Source: Candidatus Scatosoma sp.
GTDB taxonomy: Bacteria; Bacillota; Clostridia; Christensenellales; Borkfalkiaceae
Assembly (NCBI GenBank): GCA_045614565.1
Contig: JAZLDG010000074.1
Span: 38,561-102,560 of the forward strand
Direction: 5' to 3'
Length of the DNA stretch: 64,000 nt
Shown here: piece after piece, positions 58,192-64,000 of the stretch
Numbering within the stretch: the first letter of the stretch is position 1
How the letters are laid out: each line of letters opens with the position of its first letter
The notes under the pieces: model-generated
Told to the model about the DNA's origin: nothing
Databases searched by the model: none
What the model saw: only the letters and a program-made list of their open reading frames with translations
Position numbers and translations under genes: made by a program

Positions 58192-60441
58192 TTACAAGCT
58201 TCGTTCTTCTTTACAGGTGAAATAAATAATTTGATATTTTTGCGCCAACTGCTTCATCAATGCCTTTGCGCGCGCCGTTTTTTCATCGTCAAGGTTGGTA
58301 AACGGATCGTCCAAAATCAAGGGCGGGGCATCCTTGGTGAATACGGCTTCCGCAAGTGCGACGCGTACGCAAAAATCAAGTAAATCTTTCATACCCGCGC
58401 TGAAATATTCCGCGCTCCGCAAGTTCCCGTTTTCGTCGGATATGGGCGCGCCGTCGGCGGCAAATTGCAAGCCCTGCGCCCGCTCGTTAAACCCAAGCGT
58501 TTGCGCGTATACGCGCAAGGACTGTTCGACGGGATCAAGATACCGCGTAGCCATATTTGCCCGCGCCCGCGTGAGCAATTCTTTGGCGTAGCGTATTGCC
58601 GTCAAGCGTTTTTCAAGCCGTGCCTTTTCTTCCAAAAGCGCGCTTTCTTCCGCTTCGTAATCGGTCAGTTCCGCCGCCCGTTTTTGGAGTTGCTCCGCGC
58701 CCGCAACCGCTTTGCCGAGCATCGTCGTCAAATTTTCCTTTTCTTCTTCCTTATAGCGGATTTGCGTCTTGATATCTTCGATATCGGACGGGTAAATTTC
58801 CCGTTCGTCTAATACACGGTAGCTATCTTGCGCATTTTGAACGGGCGTTAAGGCGGAAAGCTTATGCGTGTATTCCCGTGAAATTTGCGTATATTTTTCG
58901 TGCGCCGCAACCCCGTCTTTTAGCTTGCCGAGCGCGGCTCTGTAATCGTAAATCTCCCCGAAACGGAAATTGCTTAAAAAGCGTTGGATTGCCCCGTCCA
59001 GCTCTTGCGAGTGCGCCCGCCTTTCTTCCAAATACGCGGAAAGTTCTTCAAATTCCGTTTCCGTTTGCGGTGCAATGAGCGCAAGCTTACGATCGATTTC
59101 CACGAGTTCCGCTTTAATCGCTTCGTAACGCGCCACGAGCGCGGGGTCTTTGGGTTCTTCCTTGGGTTTTTGCGGTTTATCCACGCTTCGGAGCATCACA
59201 ATAAAGCACACCAGTACGCCCGCCGCGCCGATCGCAAGCAGGCTCGCGCCAAGCGCGGGGATACCTTCCACGAGCATCGCGCCGATGATGGACAACGCCA
59301 ACATAAACACGAGCGCAAACGTCGCTTTTATCCCCCGTTTCGCCTTGGTTTTGTCCTTGCTTACCCGCGGCGTTTCTTTTTTAGGCGGGTTGAGCAATAA
59401 TTCATAGCTTTCCAACGACTTTTCCGTAGCCGCGCGTTGGGTTTCCAAGGTCTGTTTGTCGCGGATTTGCGCCGACAAAGCCGCGTACGCGCTTTCCTTT
59501 TCTAAAAGCTGGGCTTTGACTTCGTAAAATTCGTTCACGGCTTTTTCCAAGCCTTCGGTATTGAGCGTTGCGGGCGCGTTTTCACCAAAAAACGCGTTCC
59601 ATTCCGCGAGCGCGGTTTGCGCTTCGGAAAGCTTACTTTCTATCTCCGCTCTTACGGCGCGTTGCGCAGCCATTTCGCTACGGCGGGTATATTCTTCGCT
59701 CTTTGCCGCAAGCCGTGCAATCTCGTCCGAAAGCCCTTTAAGCCGCGCCGTACGCGCTTCCATTTCCCGCTCCGTTTCCGCCAGACGGTCGGCGGCGTTT
59801 TTGCAGTCCGTTTTTTGCGCGTTCAAATACGCAAGCCGTTCGTCCAGCTCGTCGAGCTTGCCTTTGGCGGGACGGCGTTTCGCGCGAAGCGCGCGATCGG
59901 CGGCTTCCAAACGATCCAACGCGTTTTGCCCGCCCGTTTGATCGGCGGTAACGCTTAAAAGGGCTAAAAGCTTGCCCTTGATATTTTCAGGGAGCGCGGC
60001 GCAATTTGCAATATTTTGGGGCAAATACGCCGTCTTACGATAGCTTTCTCTATCCAGCCCGAACACCGTTTCGCCCACGCGTTCGGCTTTGTCGCCGAAA
60101 TCGTAGCAAAGCATATTGTTCGCGTCGTACACGCGTACGGTATCTCCGCTCGGCGTGCGGGCAAAAAAGCGTTCGATACGGTAGGTCTTTCCCTCGTACG
60201 AAAACACGAGCGATCCGCCGAAGCGTGCGCCCGACCACGGCTCGTATTTGAGCCGTGCGTTTTCGCTCACGATTTTGCTTCTTCCCCCGTCGATTCCGTA
60301 AAACATACTCTCCAAAAATTCGGCGAGCGTCGTTTTTCCCCAACCGTTTTCTTCCTTGAAAACGGTGATTGGCGCGGAAAGATCAAAACTGCGGTCCACG
60401 AATTTTCCAAAACCCGTGATATAGCAAGAAACGAGTTTCAT
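58192..60441 (-). CDS. SbcC/YhaN-like AAA ATPase with long coiled coils and central hydrophobic helices
   Basis: N-terminal GWGKTT Walker A, extensive coiled coil, the central segment FALVFMLALSIIGAMLV...LLAIGAAGVLVCFIVML, and a C-terminal LILDDPFTNLD Walker B. Confidence 0.75.
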   Translation of the reverse strand: MKLVSCYITGFGKFVDRSFDLSAPITVFKEENGWGKTTLAEFLESMFYGIDGGRSKIVSENARLKYEPWSGARFGGSLVFSYEGKTYRIERFFARTPSGDTVRVYDANNMLCYDFGDKAERVGETVFGLDRESYRKTAYLPQNIANCAALPENIKGKLLALLSVTADQTGGQNALDRLEAADRALRAKRRPAKGKLDELDERLAYLNAQKTDCKNAADRLAETEREMEARTARLKGLSDEIARLAAKSEEYTRRSEMAAQRAVRAEIESKLSEAQTALAEWNAFFGENAPATLNTEGLEKAVNEFYEVKAQLLEKESAYAALSAQIRDKQTLETQRAATEKSLESYELLLNPPKKETPRVSKDKTKAKRGIKATFALVFMLALSIIGAMLVEGIPALGASLLAIGAAGVLVCFIVMLRSVDKPQKPKEEPKDPALVARYEAIKAELVEIDRKLALIAPQTETEFEELSAYLEERRAHSQELDGAIQRFLSNFRFGEIYDYRAALGKLKDGVAAHEKYTQISREYTHKLSALTPVQNAQDSYRVLDEREIYPSDIEDIKTQIRYKEEEKENLTTMLGKAVAGAEQLQKRAAELTDYEAEESALLEEKARLEKRLTAIRYAKELLTRARANMATRYLDPVEQSLRVYAQTLGFNERAQGLQFAADGAPISDENGNLRSAEYFSAGMKDLLDFCVRVALAEAVFTKDAPPLILDDPFTNLDDEKTARAKALMKQLAQKYQIIYFTCKEERSL

Positions 60442-61502
60442 AAATCAATCTCCTCCCCCGCAAGCGCTTTCAGCCCCACTTCTAAAATTTCTTCGCGCAA
60501 GCTCTCGTTCATCTCGTACCTGCCCACTTCTCTCACAAATTCCCCACGTTCGGTTAAATCGTTTTCATAGGTCTTGGGGTCAAGGAATAAACGGCTTTCG
60601 TCCACCGTTTTCACGAAGAAAAAGCGTTCGGAAAGCCGCGTGGATAACAGCGCGGTATCCTTTTTCAAACCCGCTTCAAAAGTTCCGCACAGCACGAGTC
60701 GTATCATATTGTCGCCGTTTTCGTCTTGCAAAGCGTTGAGCGCGGCGTTTTCCAAATCAAAATAACTGCGGCAAGCGGAAATATCCACCCGCTTTTCCAC
60801 GATTTCGCGGCGAGCAAAGGACAGGAATTTTTCGTTTACAATCCCGCCGTTTGCGATTTCTAACAAGAAGAAGCCCCGTTTCCCGATTTCGTCAAAGCCC
60901 CGACCTTCGGGACAACCGCAATAGCGGTATTTTCCGCGCATATCCAGTCGTTCCGCTTGCGGCGTGGGGATATGGATATGTCCGAGCGCAAGATAGTCGA
61001 TATATTTGTTTTGCAGGCTTGCAAGCGGGATTTCGCTCTTGATATCCCCGTGCATTAAGACGATATTAAACGCGTTCGCATCCAAAGCAAGCGAAGAAAG
61101 CGCGAGCGGGGAAATATTTTTGGTATCAATCCCCGTGACGGTCACACCTTCGCCCAAAGCGTACGCCTGCCAGCCGTGACCACGGGAAAAGGTAAAGAAA
61201 TTGTCGGGCAATTCGTCGCGAGTGTCAAATTCGTCGTCGTGGTTGCCCGAAACGTAAAAAAAGCAAACGGGTTTCGCCGCCGCAATAAAGGACAGCGTTT
61301 GCCGTTTGACCGCGGGAGAAACGCGGTTTTCATCAAATAAATCGCCCGCGAGCAAAACTGCCGCCACGCCGTGTTCCTTGGCGTACAAGCAAAGTTTCTT
61401 AAACCCGTCTAAAATCTCCGCTTTGCGGAGCTGGGCTTTTTCGCGCGGCAAGTTTTTCATCGCCGAGCCGATATGAATATCCCCCGTATGTATAATCTTC
61501 AC
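60438..61502 (-). CDS. SbcD/YhaO-like metallophosphoesterase (DNA repair exonuclease)
   Basis: IIHTGDIHIG, AGDLFD, SGNHD and MHGD motifs. The gene overlaps the ATPase gene by 4 nt. Confidence 0.8.
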   Translation of the reverse strand: MKIIHTGDIHIGSAMKNLPREKAQLRKAEILDGFKKLCLYAKEHGVAAVLLAGDLFDENRVSPAVKRQTLSFIAAAKPVCFFYVSGNHDDEFDTRDELPDNFFTFSRGHGWQAYALGEGVTVTGIDTKNISPLALSSLALDANAFNIVLMHGDIKSEIPLASLQNKYIDYLALGHIHIPTPQAERLDMRGKYRYCGCPEGRGFDEIGKRGFFLLEIANGGIVNEKFLSFARREIVEKRVDISACRSYFDLENAALNALQDENGDNMIRLVLCGTFEAGLKKDTALLSTRLSERFFFVKTVDESRLFLDPKTYENDLTERGEFVREVGRYEMNESLREEILEVGLKALAGEEIDL

Positions 61503-61600
61503 GATCGTTCACACTCCTTTTTCCTATTATATCATAAATACGTGGAATTGTAAACAAAAAAAGCGAAAATTCGTTCGTTTTTCGCATTTGTCAAGCGGTA

Positions 61601-61633
61601 AAATTTGGGGAACGGGCACACCCGTTCCCCAAA
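61601..61633 (-). terminator. intrinsic terminator after clpB
   Basis: Minus strand reads TTTGGGGAACGGG-tgtg-CCCGTTCCCCAAA followed by TTTTAC. Confidence 0.7.
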
Positions 61634-61636
61634 ATC

Positions 61637-64000
61637 TTACCGAATAAACAATCCGTTCTCGTTTGCGTCCACTTCGACGGTTTGCCCCGCCGAAAAATCG
61701 CCCGCGAGAATACGCTTGGCAATCGCCGTTTCGAGCGCGTGTTGAATATACCGTTTGAGCGGTCTTGCCCCGTAAACGGGGTCGTAACCCTTTTCCACGA
61801 TCGCGTCCACCACCTTTTGCGTGAGCGACAGCGCAAGCTGTTTCTCGTTCAAACGCTTTTTCAAGTCCTGCACGAGTAAATGCACGATTTTGCCGATTTC
61901 CGTCTTGTTCAACGGTTTGAAAAACACCGTTTCGTCCAAGCGGTTCAAAAATTCGGGACGGAAAGACGCTTTCAGCATCACGTTAACTTCTTTTTTCGCT
62001 TCTTCGGACAGCGTTCCGTCGTATTCAATCCCGTCCAAAATCGCGGACGAGCCTAAATTCGACGTGAGTATAATAACGGTATTTTTGAAATCCACCGTTC
62101 TACCCTGTCCGTCGGTAATCCGCCCGTCGTCCAAGACCTGCAACAACACGTTAAACACGTCGGGGTGCGCTTTTTCGACTTCGTCGAACAAAACCACGCT
62201 ATACGGTTTTCTCCGTACCGCTTCGGTCAGCTGCCCCCCTTCGTCGTAGCCCACGTAGCCCGGGGGCGCGCCGATCAAGCGCGATACCGAATATTTTTCC
62301 ATATATTCGCTCATATCGATACGAATCATATTCTTTTCATCGTCAAACAGCGACCGCGCGAGCGTTTTCGCAAGCTCCGTTTTCCCCACGCCCGTCGGTC
62401 CTAAAAACAGGAACGACCCGATCGGACGATTGGGATCGGCGATCCCCGCACGAGAACGCAAAATGGCGTCCGCAACCGCTTCCACGGCTTCATCTTGTCC
62501 GATCACCCGCTCGTGCAAGGTATCGCCAAGGCGCAACAGCTTCTCTCTTTCCCCTTCGACGAGCTTGGCAACGGGTATCCCCGTCCACCGCGCGACGATA
62601 CGCGCGATTTCTTCTTCGCTGACGCGGTCGCGAAGCAACGAATTTTCCGTTGCGCTCGTACCTGCCCCCGCTCTTTCAAGCTCTTCAAGCTGTTTTTTGA
62701 GCTCGGGAATTTTCCCGTATTGCAGTTGGCTTGCCCTTTCAAGGTCGTATTCCCGTTGCGCCTTTTCAAGGCTCGCCCCCGCAAGCTCTAATTCTTCGCG
62801 AAGCTTTTGCACCTTGCCGATCGAATTTCTTTCGTTTTCCCACTTGACTTTCATTTGCCCGTAATTTTCCCGAAGCTCTAAAAGCTCTTTTACGATTTGG
62901 GTAAGGTGGGAAGCGGAAAGCGCGTCCGTTTCCTTTTTCAGCGCGTTTTGCTCGATTTCAAGCTGCATAATTTTCCGCGCGATTTCGTCCATTTCGGACG
63001 GCATAGACTGCATTTCCGTCTTAATTAAAGCGCAAGCTTCGTCCACGAGATCGATCGCCTTATCGGGCAAAAAGCGATCGGTGATATAACGGTTAGAAAG
63101 CGTAGCCGCCGCAATCAACGCGTTGTCTTGGATCTTTACGCCGTGATAAACTTCGTAACGTTCTTTCAAACCGCGTAAAATGGAAATTGTGTCTTCCACG
63201 GTCGGTTCTCCCACGAGTACGGGCTGAAAACGCCGTTCCAGCGCAGGGTCTTTTTCGATATATTTACGGTATTCGTCCAAAGTCGTTGCGCCGATACAAT
63301 GCAATTCCCCGCGGGCGAGCATCGGCTTTAACAAATTCCCCGCATCCATCGCGCCGTCCGTTTTTCCCGCGCCGACGATGGTGTGCAGCTCGTCGATAAA
63401 CAAAATAATCCCGCCGTCGCTCTTTTTCACTTCGGCAAGTACGGCTTTTAACCGTTCTTCAAACTCGCCGCGGAACTTCGCGCCCGCGATCAACGCGCCG
63501 ATGTCCAAGGAAAATACCTTTCTATCCTTTAAGCTGTCGGGAACGTCCCCTTTCATAATCCGAATGGCAAGACCTTCGGCAATCGCCGTTTTGCCTACGC
63601 CCGCTTCGCCGATTAAAACGGGATTGTTTTTGGTTTTTCTCGACAAAATCCGAACGACGTTGCGGATTTCTTCGTCACGTCCGATGACGGGGTCGATCTT
63701 TTGCGCCCGCGCCTTTTCCACGAGATCCACGCCGTATTTATTCAAAACGTCGTAGGTGTCTTCGGGATCTTCGCTGTCTACTCTCCGATTACCGCGAACG
63801 CTTGCAAGTGCTTGCATAAACGCGTTTTGTTCAATTCCGTACGAAGCTAATAGCTTTTTCACCTGCGCGTCGGGCTTTTCGGTTAAACCGAAAAACAAAT
63901 GCTCGACGGACAAATATCCGTCCCCCATCTTCGCCGCTTGCGATTCGCCCGCTTCAATCGCTTGCGCGAGCGCGGTGGAAATATATTGCTCCCCGCCGCT
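61637..64000 (-). CDS. clpB: ATP-dependent chaperone ClpB (N-terminus beyond window end)
   Basis: Two AAA modules (GEAGVGKTA and GPTGVGKTE) with a long middle coiled coil. The reading frame stays open to position 64000, so the true start is outside the window. Confidence 0.93.
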   Translation of the reverse strand, partial: SGGEQYISTALAQAIEAGESQAAKMGDGYLSVEHLFFGLTEKPDAQVKKLLASYGIEQNAFMQALASVRGNRRVDSEDPEDTYDVLNKYGVDLVEKARAQKIDPVIGRDEEIRNVVRILSRKTKNNPVLIGEAGVGKTAIAEGLAIRIMKGDVPDSLKDRKVFSLDIGALIAGAKFRGEFEERLKAVLAEVKKSDGGIILFIDELHTIVGAGKTDGAMDAGNLLKPMLARGELHCIGATTLDEYRKYIEKDPALERRFQPVLVGEPTVEDTISILRGLKERYEVYHGVKIQDNALIAAATLSNRYITDRFLPDKAIDLVDEACALIKTEMQSMPSEMDEIARKIMQLEIEQNALKKETDALSASHLTQIVKELLELRENYGQMKVKWENERNSIGKVQKLREELELAGASLEKAQREYDLERASQLQYGKIPELKKQLEELERAGAGTSATENSLLRDRVSEEEIARIVARWTGIPVAKLVEGEREKLLRLGDTLHERVIGQDEAVEAVADAILRSRAGIADPNRPIGSFLFLGPTGVGKTELAKTLARSLFDDEKNMIRIDMSEYMEKYSVSRLIGAPPGYVGYDEGGQLTEAVRRKPYSVVLFDEVEKAHPDVFNVLLQVLDDGRITDGQGRTVDFKNTVIILTSNLGSSAILDGIEYDGTLSEEAKKEVNVMLKASFRPEFLNRLDETVFFKPLNKTEIGKIVHLLVQDLKKRLNEKQLALSLTQKVVDAIVEKGYDPVYGARPLKRYIQHALETAIAKRILAGDFSAGQTVEVDANENGLFIR

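Noticed and set aside
58192-61502. The SbcD-like nuclease plus SbcC-like coiled-coil ATPase pair as a possible defence system (Lamassu/Wadjet/Gabija-type logic).
   Set aside because: The two-gene layout matches the conserved Firmicutes yhaO-yhaN (sbcEF-type) DNA-repair pair: a metallophosphoesterase followed, with a 4-nt overlap, by an ATPase with a hydrophobic central segment. Composition is host-like and there is no mobile or hotspot context. Nothing here argues for a novel system.

Overview
The window is Bacillota (Clostridia-like) chromosome, about half GC by eye (not computed), with nearly all host genes on the minus strand. From left to right the host content is:
- uvrB (partial).
- A long branched-chain amino-acid supraoperon, leuA-ilvB-ilvN-ilvC-ilvD-leuC-leuD-leuB-(DUF815 ATPase)-ilvA-ridA, behind a T-box leader, with ilvE upstream.
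- A glycine-riboswitch-controlled Na+/alanine-glycine symporter.
- galM, and a DUF1538 gene with two P-II-like genes.
- A TPP riboswitch with thiT.
- The conserved blocks rimM-KH-rpsP-ffh-ylxM and rseP-dxr-cdsA-uppS-frr-pyrH-tsf-rpsB.
- Assorted small genes, a heterodimeric ABC exporter, a yhaO/yhaN-like nuclease-ATPase pair, and clpB (partial).

The standout is a roughly 7.3-kb, clearly AT-rich, plus-strand integrative island at 41449..48727.
- It split the host tRNA-Arg(CCU) gene inside its anticodon loop, leaving a 7-bp core CTCCTAA at both ends.
- It carries its own complete, compensatorily diverged tRNA-Arg(CCU) and a tyrosine integrase with a TnpV-like module.
- Its cargo is a five-gene operon: XRE regulator, single-pass membrane protein, DUF262/DUF1524 (GmrSD-like) nuclease, 74-aa Q-rich protein, and an HNH protein with an unknown C-terminal domain. 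This operon is my best candidate for an undescribed defence system.

Directly next to the island lies a 1535-aa gene combining a DUF4011-like region, an SF1 helicase, a Vsr/DUF559-like nuclease and a DUF3320-like region (Hhe-like). A 281-bp MITE-like element with 29-bp terminal inverted repeats sits inside the leuC-leuD junction, and a solo end of it lies in the 5' UTR of the giant helicase gene.
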